A model generated the notes under the pieces. It made no database searches. It was not told where the DNA came from and saw only the letters and a list, made by a program, of their open reading frames with translations. Shown here piece after piece: positions 48,522-59,165 of a stretch of DNA of 64,000 nucleotides. The stretch lies in the NCBI GenBank assembly GCA_963729605.1, contig CAVSNY010000007.1, positions 928,001 through 992,000 on the forward strand, in the 5' to 3' direction. The translations under genes and the position numbers were made by a program. The DNA comes from an uncultured Gammaproteobacteria bacterium (GTDB taxonomy: Bacteria; Pseudomonadota; Gammaproteobacteria; DRLM01). The number at the start of each line of letters is the position of its first letter. The first letter of the stretch is position 1.

Positions 48522-49632
48522 ATGCCACCGCCGCACCCGGTGGGGCCGCCGAGGGCCTGCGGATCGGGCTCGTCGGCCCGCTGCCGCCGCCGGCCGGCGG
48601 CATGGCGATGCAGACCCGGCAGCTGGCCGAGCTGCTGGGCGCCGCCGGCGCACATGTCACGCTCGTGCAGAGCAATGCCCCTTACCGGCCGGCGTTCCTG
48701 GGCCGCATCCCCGTGCTGCGCGCCTTCGCGCGGCTGCTGCCCTACCTCTGGGCCCTGTGGCGCGCCGCGGGGCGCAGCGATCTGTTCCACGTGATGGCCA
48801 ACTCCGGCTGGTCCTGGCACCTGTTCGCCGCACCGGCGATCCGGATCGCGCGCCTGCGCGGCGTGCCGGTGCTGGTCAACTACCGGGGCGGCGAGGCGGC
48901 CGCCTTCCTCGCGCGTTCGCGCGCGTCGGTCGCGCGATCGATGACGCGAGTCGGACGCCTGGTCGTGCCCTCCGGCTTCCTGCAGGCGGTATTCCGCGAG
49001 CACGGCATGGCGGCCGAGATCGTGCCCAACATCGTCGACCTGGAGCGCTTCCACCCCGCACCGGCCCGGCCGGCGGAGCCGCCGCACCTGGTCGTCGCGC
49101 GCAACCTGGAGCCGATCTACGACAACGCGACGGCGCTGCGCGCACTGGCGCTGGTGCACGCCCGCCATCCGGCGGCGCGCCTCACGATCGCCGGCACCGG
49201 CCCCGAGAGGGGCGTGCTCGAGACCCTGGCGCGCGAGCTGGGTGTGGCCGATCGCGTGCATTTCGCCGGCCGGCTCGACCGCGACGGGATGGCGGCCCTG
49301 CTGCGCAGCGCCACACTGGCACTCAACCCGAGCCTGGTCGACAACATGCCCAACTCGGTACTCGAGGCGCTGGCCAGCGGCGTGCCCGTGGTCAGCACCG
49401 ACGTCGGCGGCGTGCCCTTCATCGTGACGCACGGCGTCGACGCCTGGCTGGTGCCGCCGCGCGCCCCGCAGGCCATGGCCGCGGCCATCGTCGCGTTGCT
49501 CGACGACCCGGCCGGCGCCGACCGCCTGGCCCGGGCCGGCCTGACCGCCGTGGGGCGGTACAGCTGGTCGGCCGTGGCGCCGGTGCTGTTGGGCCACTAT
49601 CGTTCCGCTGGTCGACGTCGACAAGGTTTGAG
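48518..49632 (+). CDS. GT4 glycosyltransferase (3' end approximate; stop probably lost by a frameshift)
   Basis: GPLPPPAGGMA.Q, ANSGWSW, NYRGG, VARNLEPIYD, DNMPNSVLEALASG.PVVST.VGG. Confidence 0.85.
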
Positions 49633-49634
49633 GC

Positions 49635-50983
49635 ATGTACACCCGCCTGGTCTCATCGCTGGTCTTCCCGCTGCAGGAGCGCCTGAAGTCGCACGACACC
49701 GTGCGCGTGCGGCGCGAGATGGAGCGCAGCCAGTGGCTGGCGCCGGAGGCGCTGGCGGCGCTGCAGCTGCGGCGCCTGCAGGCGCTGCTGCGCGCCGCCG
49801 GTGCCGAGGTGCCGTATTACCGCGACCTGTTCGCGCGCCTGGGCTTCGACCCCGCCGGCGTGCGTTCGGTGGCCGACCTGCAGGTGCTGCCGTTGCTGGA
49901 CAAGGCCACCATCCGCGCCCACACCGAGGCGCTCAAGCGCCCCGGCGCGCGGGGCCTGGCCCGTTTCAACACCGGCGGTTCCAGCGGCGAACCGTTGATT
50001 TTTTTCATCGGCAAGGAGCGGGTCAGCCACGACGTCGCCGCCAAATGGCGCGCCACGCGCTGGTGGGACGTGGATATCGGCGACCCGGAGATCGTGGTGT
50101 GGGGTTCGCCTATCGAACTCGGCGCGCAGGACCAAGTTGCGCGCCGTGCGCGACAGGTTGCTGCGCACCCGTTTGCTGCCGGCCTTCGCGATGTCGGAAC
50201 GAAAGCTCGATGAATTCGTCGCTACTTTGCGTGGCGTGCGGCCGCGCATGCTGTTCGGCTATCCCTCGTCGCATCAGCCTGATCGCGCGTCACGCGCGCA
50301 AGCGCGGGCAAGCGCTGAATGACCTGGGCGTCAAGGTGGTGTTCGTCACCTCCGAGCGCCTGTACGACGAGCAGCGCCGCGACATCGAGGACGTGTTCGG
50401 CTGTCCGGTGGCCAATGGCTACGGCGGGCGCGACGCCGGTTTCATCGCCCATCAATGCCCGGCCGGCGGCATGCACATCACCGCCGAGGACATCATCGTC
50501 GAAATCATCGACGGCGAAGGGCGCGTCTTGCCGCCGGGAGAGGCCGGCGAGGTGACGGTGACGCATCTCGCCACCCGGGACTTTCCCTTCATCCGCTATC
50601 GCACCGGCGACGTTGCCGTGCTCGACGACGAGGCCTGTGCCTGCGGGCGCGGCCTGCCGTTACTCAAGGAGATACAGGGCCGCGCCACCGATTTCGTGGT
50701 GGCCGCCGATGGCACCATCATGCACGGCCTGGCCTTGATTTATGTGATACGCGGCGTGGCGGGCGTGGAGAATTTCAAGATCGTGCAGGAATCGCTGGGC
50801 CGGACGCGCGTGCAACTGGTGACCACCGCCGATTTTCGCGCCGAGAGCGAACGGGAAATCGTCGCCGGGATGAAGGCGCGCCTGGGCGAGGGCGTGGACG
50901 TGACGCTGGAACGGGTGGAGCATATTCCCAGCGAGGCCTCGGGTAAGTTCCGTTACGTGATGAGCCGGGTAGCGGCGCAATGA
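49635..50983 (+). CDS. Phenylacetate-CoA ligase/CapK-like adenylate-forming enzyme (frameshifts near 50137 and 50272)
   Basis: VPYYR, LPLLDK, TGGSSGEP, GYPS, TSERL, YGGRD, PFIRYRTGD, GR..D, SGKFR. Confidence 0.85.
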
Positions 50984-50989
50984 GTGTGA

Positions 50990-52312
50990 GTGATGCGTGA
51001 TCTATTCGTGACCTTGGTGGTGCTGGGCAGCCTGCCGCTGATCCTCTATCGCCCCTATATAGGGGTGATCATGTGGTCGTGGATAGGTTATATGAATCCG
51101 CACCGTCTCTCGTGGGGCTTCGCCGCCGATTTTCCGTTCGCCATGATCATCGCCCTCGTGACCCTCGTGGGGCTGTTGTTTTCCCGTGAAACCAAGAAAA
51201 TTCCGTGGACGCGGGAAACGATCACCTTGCTGTTGTTCATCATCTGGATGGGCATTACCACCTTGTTCGCCCTCCACCCGGAGGCGGCTCAGTTGCAATA
51301 CGAGAAGGTGGTGAAGATCCAGATCATGACCTTCATCACCCTCATTTTGATGACGGATCGCCATCGCCTGGAATTATTGCTATGGACCATCGTCGTCTCC
51401 TTGGGTTTTTACGGGGTCAAAGGCGGCATTTTCACCTTGCTCAGCGGCGGCGGCTACCACGTGTTAGGCCCATTGGGGACCTTCATCGGCGGCAATAACG
51501 AACTGGGTCTGGCGCTCATCATGACCGTGCCGCTGATGCGTTATTTGCAGCTGCAAGCCAACAAGGCCATCGTGCGTTACGGCATGTTGATCGCGATGGG
51601 TTTGACGGTGGTGGCGATATTGGGCACGCAATCGCGCGGGGCCCTGGTGGGGCTGGCGTTCATGATGCTGTTCCTGGTGTGGAAGAGCCGTAAGCGGTTT
51701 GCGTTTCTGGTCCTCTTGTTATGCGCGGCCCCGCTGGCCTTCATGTTCATGCCGGAGAGTTGGCATGACCGCATGGGAACTATCCAGAATTACGAGGAAG
51801 ATAAATCCGCCACGGGGCGGATCAACGCCTGGCATTTCGCTTTCAACCTGGCCAAGGACCGGCCGCTGACCGGGGGCGGTTATGAGTCGTTCACCCGCGA
51901 TTTATTCGCCATCTACGCGCCCGATCCCAGCGCGGTACACGATGCGCACAGTATCTATTTCGAGGTTTTGGGCGAACATGGTTTTGTGGGCTTGGCGTTG
52001 TTTTTGTCGTTGTTGTGGTTTACGTGGCGCAGTGCGACTCGGGTGGTGAAGATGACCGCGGGCAAACCCGAGGGGCAGTGGATGTCCGATATGGCGCGCA
52101 TGGTGCAAGTGAGCGTGATGGGTTATGCCGCCAGCGGGGCCTTTCTGGGGCTGGCCTATTTCGATTTCTTCTATCATTTGATGGCGATAGTGGTCCTGTT
52201 GCGTGTGCAAGCCGACAAGCTGCAACAGGGCGATACGCAGACCGAGGCCGGGCCGGCTATCAACGCGCGCGCCGCCGCCGGGACCACCGGTTATATGCGA
52301 AGGATGAAATAA
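50990..52312 (+). CDS. Putative O-glycosylation ligase, exosortase A-associated (Wzy_C/O-antigen ligase family)
   Basis: MRDL, W.W...MNPHR, GGNNE, TQSRGAL, SA.GRINAW, AHSIYFEVLGEHGFVG. Confidence 0.9.
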   Translation: MMRDLFVTLVVLGSLPLILYRPYIGVIMWSWIGYMNPHRLSWGFAADFPFAMIIALVTLVGLLFSRETKKIPWTRETITLLLFIIWMGITTLFALHPEAAQLQYEKVVKIQIMTFITLILMTDRHRLELLLWTIVVSLGFYGVKGGIFTLLSGGGYHVLGPLGTFIGGNNELGLALIMTVPLMRYLQLQANKAIVRYGMLIAMGLTVVAILGTQSRGALVGLAFMMLFLVWKSRKRFAFLVLLLCAAPLAFMFMPESWHDRMGTIQNYEEDKSATGRINAWHFAFNLAKDRPLTGGGYESFTRDLFAIYAPDPSAVHDAHSIYFEVLGEHGFVGLALFLSLLWFTWRSATRVVKMTAGKPEGQWMSDMARMVQVSVMGYAASGAFLGLAYFDFFYHLMAIVVLLRVQADKLQQGDTQTEAGPAINARAAAGTTGYMRRMK

Positions 52313-53175
52313 TGAATGCTGTGAAAGAATGGTATTACCGTTTTTATCATCAATATGATCAGGGGCGGCGGTTGCGCGCGCTCAAGGCGCATCTGCAACG
52401 GGGGCAACCGATCGCCCTGGTGCACCAAATGGGCCGCGCCGCCTCCATGACCATGACCAATACCCTGCGCGCCATGGAATTGGATATGCCCATCCATCAC
52501 ACCCATTGGCTCAATTCCGAGACGGTCGCGCGGCGGATGGCGCGCATGGAGCAGAGCCGAGGCAAGATAGAGTCGTTCAATCTGCGGGTGAGCAAGTTGA
52601 TGCTGGACAACTTGCCGCCGGAGCGGATGCGGAGTTATCCGTGGCGTATCGTCAGCATCATCCGCGACCCGGTGGCGCGCAACCTGTCGGCCTACTTCCT
52701 CAGCATTGAAGGTTTCATCGACGATGTTTATCGACGCCACGCACAGGGCCGATTAAAGCCGGACGAATTGTTGGAGGTGTTTCTGCGCGACTATCCTCAC
52801 GACATACCGCTTAATTGGTTCGATCTCGAGGTGAACGAGGTGTTCGGCGTGAACGTCTACGCGCGGCCGTTTCCTTTTGATTTGGATTACGCCTTGTACG
52901 AAGCGGGACCTCTGCGTATGGCCGTCATCAAAGTCGAGAGCCTGGAGCGAACCTACCGCCCCGCCCTGCAGGCCCTCTTCGGCGAGGTGCCGGGAGAGCT
53001 GCGCAACACCCACATCAGCGTGCAGGACGAGCCCTACGCACCGATTTACAAGTCGTTCCTGGCCGAGGTGCGCCTGCCGCAGGATTATCTGGATCGCATG
53101 TACGATTCGGTCTACGCGCGTCACTTCTACCGCCCGGAGGAGTTGGCGGCCTTCCGCAAGAAATGGGGAGGCTAG
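52312..53175 (+). CDS. Sulfotransferase-fold capsular polysaccharide synthesis protein
   Basis: VHQMGRAAS (variant of the QMGKVGS loop), IIRDPVARNLSAYF, WFD.E, Y..F...V.LP..YLD.MY.S.Y.RHFY. Confidence 0.7.
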   Translation: MNAVKEWYYRFYHQYDQGRRLRALKAHLQRGQPIALVHQMGRAASMTMTNTLRAMELDMPIHHTHWLNSETVARRMARMEQSRGKIESFNLRVSKLMLDNLPPERMRSYPWRIVSIIRDPVARNLSAYFLSIEGFIDDVYRRHAQGRLKPDELLEVFLRDYPHDIPLNWFDLEVNEVFGVNVYARPFPFDLDYALYEAGPLRMAVIKVESLERTYRPALQALFGEVPGELRNTHISVQDEPYAPIYKSFLAEVRLPQDYLDRMYDSVYARHFYRPEELAAFRKKWGG

Positions 53176-55022
53176 GCGCGCGCCGAATGGCTTTGCAGCC
53201 ACTGCTCCAGCATCATCAGCACCCAGATCATCACCCCGTAATAGGAGGCGTGTTCGCCGCGCTGCCGCTTGAGCAGGGTATCGAGGTAGGCGGTGTTCAA
53301 TAGATTCCGCCGCCGCAGGTTATGCAGGCTGTCCATCGCCAGGTCGTGCAGCGGTTGATGGGTGTTGAGCCACAGGCCGAAGGGCAGGCCGAAGCCGTGC
53401 TTGGGTTTTTTGAGGATGTCGGCCGGCAGATAGTCCTTGAGGCTGTCCTTGAAGAAATACCTCAGTTGAAAACCCTTGATCAGCAAATCCGGCGGCACGC
53501 GGCCGGAGAATTCCAGCATGTCGTCGTCCAGCAGCGGATAGTGCACCGCCACGCCGGCCAGTTCGCACATGCGGTTGACCTTGCGCAGGTCGTTATCCGC
53601 CAGCGTGAGCTTGAGGTCGAGATGCAGCATGCGGTGCAGCGTCGAGCCGCCTTGCGTGCGGTGGTAGACCTCGCGCAACGCGCGCAGCGGCTCGGCGGTG
53701 TCGATGGCGGCGAGCAGGTCGGCGTGCAGCACCTCGCCGACGGGCGTGCGGTGCATGAAGTTGTAGCTTTCCATGCGGTCCGGCAGCGGCAGATTGGCTT
53801 GCCGAATATAGCTGTTGAGTTTTTTGAACACGCCCACCGAGTCGGGCAGGCGCGCGGCGAGGGGTTCCACCAGGCCGCGGCGCAGCGGCTCGGGTAGTGA
53901 ATGATAAAGCTCGAACTGTTTCTGTTTCACGTAACGCACGTTGCCGCCGAACAGCTCGTCGCCGCCGTCGCCGGCGATCAAGGTGCCGACGCCGTCGGCG
54001 TGGGCCAGCTTGGCGCAATAATAGGTGGGTACCGCGGAGGCGTTGCCGAACGGTTCGTCATAGGCGGCGGCCACCCGCGGCACGGCGTCGGCCACGTCTT
54101 GCGGCGTCACGTAATACGTGTGGTGACGGGTGCCGAAATGGTTTACCGCGATGTCGGCGTAGTGGGATTCGTCGTAGCCTTCGGCCTCGAAGCCGATGGA
54201 GTAGGTCTCCGCCGGCCGGCCGCTCACTTCGGTGACGATGCCCGCCATGGTGGAACTGTCGGTGCCGCCGCTCAGGAAATTGCCGACCGTGCCCTGGCTA
54301 TTGTGCAGGCTGTGTTTGACGCCGCTGCGCAGCAGGGCACGGAACTCCTCGGCCAATTGTGCTTGCGGCGTGGCCGATCGGTCGTGGTACTCCATCTGCC
54401 AGTAAAAGTCGGTGCTCACCTGGCCGTTTTCGCACAGCAGGTATTGGCCTGGCAGCAGTTTGCGCAGGTCGCGGTAAATGGTGCGCGGGCCGGGGATCAT
54501 GTGAAAATACAGGTAATCGTAGAGCGCCTGGGGGTCCACCGCCGCGTTCACCGCCGGGTGGGCCGCCACGCTGTCGATACTGGCGCCGAACACCAGCCCG
54601 TTTTGCGTCGGCATGTAACACAGGCGCTGGATGCCGGCCCGGTCCACCGCCAGCAGCGCGCGGCGCAGGGCGAGATCGTAGATGGCCAGCGCGAAGGGGC
54701 CGCGCAGTTCCCGCAAACCGTCCAAGCCCCGCCGCCGATAAAGCTCGGCGACGGCCGCGGCGGGGCCGCGCGCGGCGGCGGTGTCCGCCAGGCCGGGGTC
54801 GCGCCAGACGAAGGCGCCGTCGCAGGCGACCCACAGTCGGTCGCCGATGTGGAGATCCGCGCCGCGGGCGGCGCTGACGACACCCAGGCCCCGTTCGGCG
54901 TCGCCGTGGCCGCGGGGCGCGGGCGTCAGCGGCGAACGCAGGGGCGCGCTCAGGGCCGTGAGCCAGGAGTCAGGGGAGGCGTCGGGGCAGGGCAGGCCAA
55001 ACCAGCCGTAAATACCGCTCAT
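53172..55022 (-). CDS. Asparagine synthase-related amidoligase with a degenerate glutaminase domain
   Basis: FLSGGTDSS, DEPFGNASA, AGDGGDELFGG, DLRKV, KHGFGLP; N-terminus is MSG rather than MCG. Confidence 0.87.
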   Translation of the reverse strand: MSGIYGWFGLPCPDASPDSWLTALSAPLRSPLTPAPRGHGDAERGLGVVSAARGADLHIGDRLWVACDGAFVWRDPGLADTAAARGPAAAVAELYRRRGLDGLRELRGPFALAIYDLALRRALLAVDRAGIQRLCYMPTQNGLVFGASIDSVAAHPAVNAAVDPQALYDYLYFHMIPGPRTIYRDLRKLLPGQYLLCENGQVSTDFYWQMEYHDRSATPQAQLAEEFRALLRSGVKHSLHNSQGTVGNFLSGGTDSSTMAGIVTEVSGRPAETYSIGFEAEGYDESHYADIAVNHFGTRHHTYYVTPQDVADAVPRVAAAYDEPFGNASAVPTYYCAKLAHADGVGTLIAGDGGDELFGGNVRYVKQKQFELYHSLPEPLRRGLVEPLAARLPDSVGVFKKLNSYIRQANLPLPDRMESYNFMHRTPVGEVLHADLLAAIDTAEPLRALREVYHRTQGGSTLHRMLHLDLKLTLADNDLRKVNRMCELAGVAVHYPLLDDDMLEFSGRVPPDLLIKGFQLRYFFKDSLKDYLPADILKKPKHGFGLPFGLWLNTHQPLHDLAMDSLHNLRRRNLLNTAYLDTLLKRQRGEHASYYGVMIWVLMMLEQWLQSHSARA

Positions 55023-55170
55023 GAATGTGGGTCGCCGATCGTTATTTTCTACAAAATGGGATGCGAGGGCGCGGGCGCGCCTAACGCCGCCTAAGTATAA
55101 CGGATGCCGCCCCGCCTGGGTTGAATGACGGTATAATCACCCGCCTTCAGTAACAAGAATTAAACCCGCC

Positions 55171-56103
55171 GTGAGTGATCTCTGGGAGAAAATCGAAAAA
55201 AATCTCTGCTATTACGGCCGGGCCGCGGCACGCACCGCGCGCGGCGCGTGGTGGAATATGCGCCGGCCTTGCGCGGTCAGGCCGGTGTTCGTGGTCGGGT
55301 GCAGCCGCGCCGGCACCACCTTGGTCTACAAGACCTTCTCCGAGGCGGAGGATCTGGGCAGTTTGCAACGCGAGACGCACGACTTCTGGGCCGAACTACA
55401 TCCGCTGGCGGCCCATGGTTGGGACAGCCATGCGCTCGCCGCCGCGGACGCCGCGCCGCGCGACCGCGACATCGTCACGAGTTATTTCTACGCCCACACC
55501 GGCCGCACCCGCTTCGTGGACAAGAACAACCAGGGCGGTCTGTGCGTGCCTTATTTGCACGCCTTGTTTCCGGACGCGCAGTTCGTCTACGTCAAGCGCA
55601 GTCCCGGCGACAACATCAATTCCTTGATCGAAGGCTGGCGCAAGCCCGAGGAATTCGCCACCTGGTCCGAGCATCTGCCGGTGCCGGTGGCGGTGGACGG
55701 CGGCCGCTACACGCGCTGGTGTTTTTTCCTGCCGCCGGGCTGGCGCGATTATGTGAACGCGCCGCTGGAAGACGTCTGCGCGCTGCAATACCGGACCATG
55801 AACGAGGCGCTGCTGCATGGCCGTACCATCATCCCCGCGGCGCAGTGGACCGAGATCGTCTACGAAGATTTATTGCGCGATCCGGTGGCGGGTTTTCAAC
55901 GCGCCTTCGCCGCGGCGGGCGTGAATTTTTCGCCGGCCGTCGCCCGCCACTGCGCCAGCGTGCTCGCCACGCCCTACAACGCCTTCTCGGAAATCCGTCC
56001 CGACAAATGGCGCGACGGCCGTAACCGCGAGCGCATCGAACGCGTGCTGCCCTCGGTGGAGGCGGTGGCGCGCGCCATGGGTTATCCGCCCGCCGGGGCG
56101 TGA
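55171..56103 (+). CDS. Sulfotransferase family protein
   Basis: PVFVVGCSRAGTT (PAPS loop), FVDK, LFPDAQFVYVKR.P.D..NS, YEDLL.DP. Confidence 0.85.
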   Translation: MSDLWEKIEKNLCYYGRAAARTARGAWWNMRRPCAVRPVFVVGCSRAGTTLVYKTFSEAEDLGSLQRETHDFWAELHPLAAHGWDSHALAAADAAPRDRDIVTSYFYAHTGRTRFVDKNNQGGLCVPYLHALFPDAQFVYVKRSPGDNINSLIEGWRKPEEFATWSEHLPVPVAVDGGRYTRWCFFLPPGWRDYVNAPLEDVCALQYRTMNEALLHGRTIIPAAQWTEIVYEDLLRDPVAGFQRAFAAAGVNFSPAVARHCASVLATPYNAFSEIRPDKWRDGRNRERIERVLPSVEAVARAMGYPPAGA

Positions 56104-56119
56104 ACGGATCGCGGGCATC

Positions 56120-57349
56120 ATGACCCTTTTCGCGGCGGTGCTGGTGTGGATGGTGGGCAGCGCGGCGCTGTTCGCGGCCTATCATCGGCGGACATTGTCG
56201 GCCTGGTGGCGCGAACCGGTGTTGCGCCGTCCGGTGTTGATCCTCGAGAGCGACGATTGGGGACCGGGCGATGAGTCCCACGCCCGCGCCTTGCAACGCT
56301 TGGCCGAGCTGTTGAGCGGTTATCGTGACCGTGACGGCCGCCATCCGGTGACGACCCTGGGTGTGGTGCTGGCCCTGGCGGACACCGCGCGCATCCGCGA
56401 GACCGGTATCACGGGCTATTTTCGCACCGGCCTGGCCGAACATGGCGCGGTGCGCGACGCCATGCGGGCCGGTGTCGCGCGCGGTGTGTTCGCGCTGCAA
56501 TTACATGGCCTGGAGCATTATTGGGCGCCGACCTTATTGGCGCTGGCGCGGCGCGATCCGCAGGTGAAGGCTTGGCTGACGACGGAGGGGCCGCCGCGCA
56601 CCGAGACCTTGCCCTCGGCGCTGCAAAGCCGGTGGATCGATGCGATGGAATTGCCCTCGCGCCCCTTGCCCGACGCCGAGATCGCGGCGGCGGTGAGCGA
56701 GGAAGTGCGGGTGTTTCGAGAAACCTTCGATGCCGCGCCGACGGTGGTGGTGCCGCCGACCTTCGTGTGGACGCCGGCGGTGGAACGCGCCTGGGCGCGG
56801 CACGGCGTGTCTTATGTGGTGACGCCCGGTCGCCGTTACGGCGCGCGCGACGAATCGGGTAAACCGGTGGCCGAGGGCGGGCTCATCGTCAACGGCATGC
56901 GCGGCGGGCCGGGTGTGATGTATCTGGTGCGCGATGATTATTTCGAACCGGCGCGCGGCCACACGGCGGCGCGCGGGCTGCACGCGCTGGCGGTGAAAAC
57001 CGCGCTCGGCCGGCCGGCCCTGTTGGAAATGCACCGCTTTAATTTCCTGGACGATCCCGCCGTCGCCGACCGCGCCTACGCGGAGATCGATGCCCTGCTG
57101 GCCGGCGCGCTGACCGCGCAGCCCGCCGTGGCCTTTCTCGCCACCGAGGCGTTGGCCCGGGTGCTGGAGACCCGCGATATGGCCTGGGTGGAGTCCGATC
57201 GGCGGCGCCGTTTGGAAGTGTGGGCGGCGCGCGTGCGGGCCGAGTACCGTATATGGCGGTGGGCACGCTGGACCGGATTGGGTTTGGCGGTGTGGGCCTT
57301 GACCGTGTTCCGCGCGCGTGAAAAGGGACTCCGTGAAGGCGCGTCATGA
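56120..57349 (+). CDS. Membrane-anchored polysaccharide deacetylase-like protein
   Basis: N-terminal TM, LILESDDWG, QLHGLEH, VPP.FVW, EMHR.NF. Confidence 0.6.
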   Translation: MTLFAAVLVWMVGSAALFAAYHRRTLSAWWREPVLRRPVLILESDDWGPGDESHARALQRLAELLSGYRDRDGRHPVTTLGVVLALADTARIRETGITGYFRTGLAEHGAVRDAMRAGVARGVFALQLHGLEHYWAPTLLALARRDPQVKAWLTTEGPPRTETLPSALQSRWIDAMELPSRPLPDAEIAAAVSEEVRVFRETFDAAPTVVVPPTFVWTPAVERAWARHGVSYVVTPGRRYGARDESGKPVAEGGLIVNGMRGGPGVMYLVRDDYFEPARGHTAARGLHALAVKTALGRPALLEMHRFNFLDDPAVADRAYAEIDALLAGALTAQPAVAFLATEALARVLETRDMAWVESDRRRRLEVWAARVRAEYRIWRWARWTGLGLAVWALTVFRAREKGLREGAS

Positions 57350-57555
57350 AACCGCCGTCGCCCTATTGTCTGGTCATCATCGCCGTGTATTTAAAACGTC
57401 ATGAATAGCTGGTTTACTGATGATGTGCTTGGCAGTTTATGATGTTCCCTCTCTCCATTCTGACCCGGGAAAGAGGGTGCGAACGGGGCCTAAGCTGTGT
57501 CATTACTCATGGTCGTCTTATACAATGACCCGGCCATGTTGGCCGAGGTGATCCC

Positions 57556-58581
57556 ATGATAATCCGATCTCGCGCGCCCCTGAGGCTGGGTCTGGCCGGC
57601 GGCGGTACCGATGTCTCACCTTACTGCGAGACCTACGGCGGCCTGGTGTTGAATGCCACCATAGACAAATACGCCTACACCGTGATCGAACCGCTGACGG
57701 AAGGGGTGCGGCTCGTCGCGACGGACAAGCAGGATGTCTGGGAGGGCCCGGCCGACAGCGAGCTGCCCTTGGACGGGCATCTGGACCTGCACAAGGGGGT
57801 ATACAACCGCATCGTGCGGGAGTTCAACGGCGGCCAACCCTTACCGCTCGCCATGACCACCCATACCGACGCGCCGCCCGGTTCCGGTTTGGGATCGTCG
57901 TCGACCCTGGTGGTCGCCATGATCAAGGCCTTCGTCGAATGGCTGAATCTGCCGCTGGGCGAATACGACATCGCCCGTCTCGCCTACGAGATCGAACGCA
58001 AGGACGTGGGTCTCTCCGGCGGGCGCCAGGATCAATACGCCGCGACCTTCGGCGGCTTCAACTTCATGGAGTTTCATCCCGAGGAGCGGGTGGTGGTCAA
58101 TCCGTTGCGCATCAAAAACTGGATCATCTCGGAGCTGGAGTCTTCGCTGCTGCTGTATTTCGGCGGCGTCTCGCGCCAGTCGGCGCAGATCATCGACCAG
58201 CAGGCGAGAAACGTGCAAGACAAGGACAGCGTGGCCATCGAGGCCATGCACGCCCTCCGGCAGGAGGCCATCGCCATGAAAGAGAACCTGCTCAAAGGCG
58301 ACTTCAACGGTTTGGTGGAGTCCATGAAGTCCGGCTGGGAGGCCAAGAAGAATATGGCCCACAGCATCTCCAATGCGCAGATCGAGGAGACCTACGCCCT
58401 CGCGCAGCAGGCCGGCATGCGGGCGGGCAAGATTTCCGGCGCGGGCGGCGGCGGTTTCATGATGCTGTTGGTCGATCCCGTGCGGCGCATGGAGGTCATA
58501 CGGGCGCTCAGCGCCACCCCCGGCCAGGTCTATACCTGCCATTTCACCAAATATGGGACCGAAGGATGGAAAATTTATTGA
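57556..58581 (+). CDS. hddA: D-glycero-alpha-D-manno-heptose-7-phosphate kinase (GHMP family)
   Basis: [42 protein letters not shown]. Confidence 0.9.
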   Translation: MIIRSRAPLRLGLAGGGTDVSPYCETYGGLVLNATIDKYAYTVIEPLTEGVRLVATDKQDVWEGPADSELPLDGHLDLHKGVYNRIVREFNGGQPLPLAMTTHTDAPPGSGLGSSSTLVVAMIKAFVEWLNLPLGEYDIARLAYEIERKDVGLSGGRQDQYAATFGGFNFMEFHPEERVVVNPLRIKNWIISELESSLLLYFGGVSRQSAQIIDQQARNVQDKDSVAIEAMHALRQEAIAMKENLLKGDFNGLVESMKSGWEAKKNMAHSISNAQIEETYALAQQAGMRAGKISGAGGGGFMMLLVDPVRRMEVIRALSATPGQVYTCHFTKYGTEGWKIY

Positions 58582-59165
58582 TCGAGTCGGTCGAGAATCG
58601 CATCCGTGAGACGGCGGAGAATATGCAATCGCTGGCCGCCGACCGCGCCTTGCTGGCGGTCCTGGTACAAGTCACCGACGTGTGTATAGAGGCCCTGCAG
58701 CGCGGCAATAAGCTGCTGTTCGCCGGCAACGGCGGCAGCGCCGCCGACGCTCAGCATATGGCCGCCGAGCTCATCAGCCGCTTCCACTACGACCGGCCCG
58801 GCTTGCCGGCCTTCTCGCTCAGCACCGACACCTCGGTGCTCACCGCCATCGGCAATGATTACGGTTATGAGCAACTCTTCGCGCGCCAGATCGAGGCGAT
58901 CGGCCAGGCCGGCGATGTCTTCTTCGCGCTGAGTACCTCGGGCCGGTCGCCCAACGTGTGCAAGGCCCTGCGCGTCGCGCGCGAGCGCGGCCTCGCCACC
59001 GTCGCGTTGACGGGCCGCGGCGGCGGCGAACGTCTGGCGGGGCTCGCCGATTTCCGTCTGTGCGCGCCCTCGGACTCGACGCCGCGCATCCAGGAGTGCC
59101 ACATCGTCCTGGGCCACAACATTTGCGAGCTCATCGAACGGCGCATGTTTCCCGGGCCGGCGTGA
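58566..59165 (+). CDS. gmhA: Phosphoheptose (sedoheptulose-7-phosphate) isomerase
   Basis: [38 protein letters not shown]. Confidence 0.93.
   Translation: MENLLIESVENRIRETAENMQSLAADRALLAVLVQVTDVCIEALQRGNKLLFAGNGGSAADAQHMAAELISRFHYDRPGLPAFSLSTDTSVLTAIGNDYGYEQLFARQIEAIGQAGDVFFALSTSGRSPNVCKALRVARERGLATVALTGRGGGERLAGLADFRLCAPSDSTPRIQECHIVLGHNICELIERRMFPGPA

Noticed and set aside
48329-50983. 884-aa ORF suggesting a GT4/CoA-ligase fusion
   Set aside because: The middle part is out-of-frame nonsense. The ligase has its own ATG at 49635 in another frame, and compensating indels create the apparent fusion.
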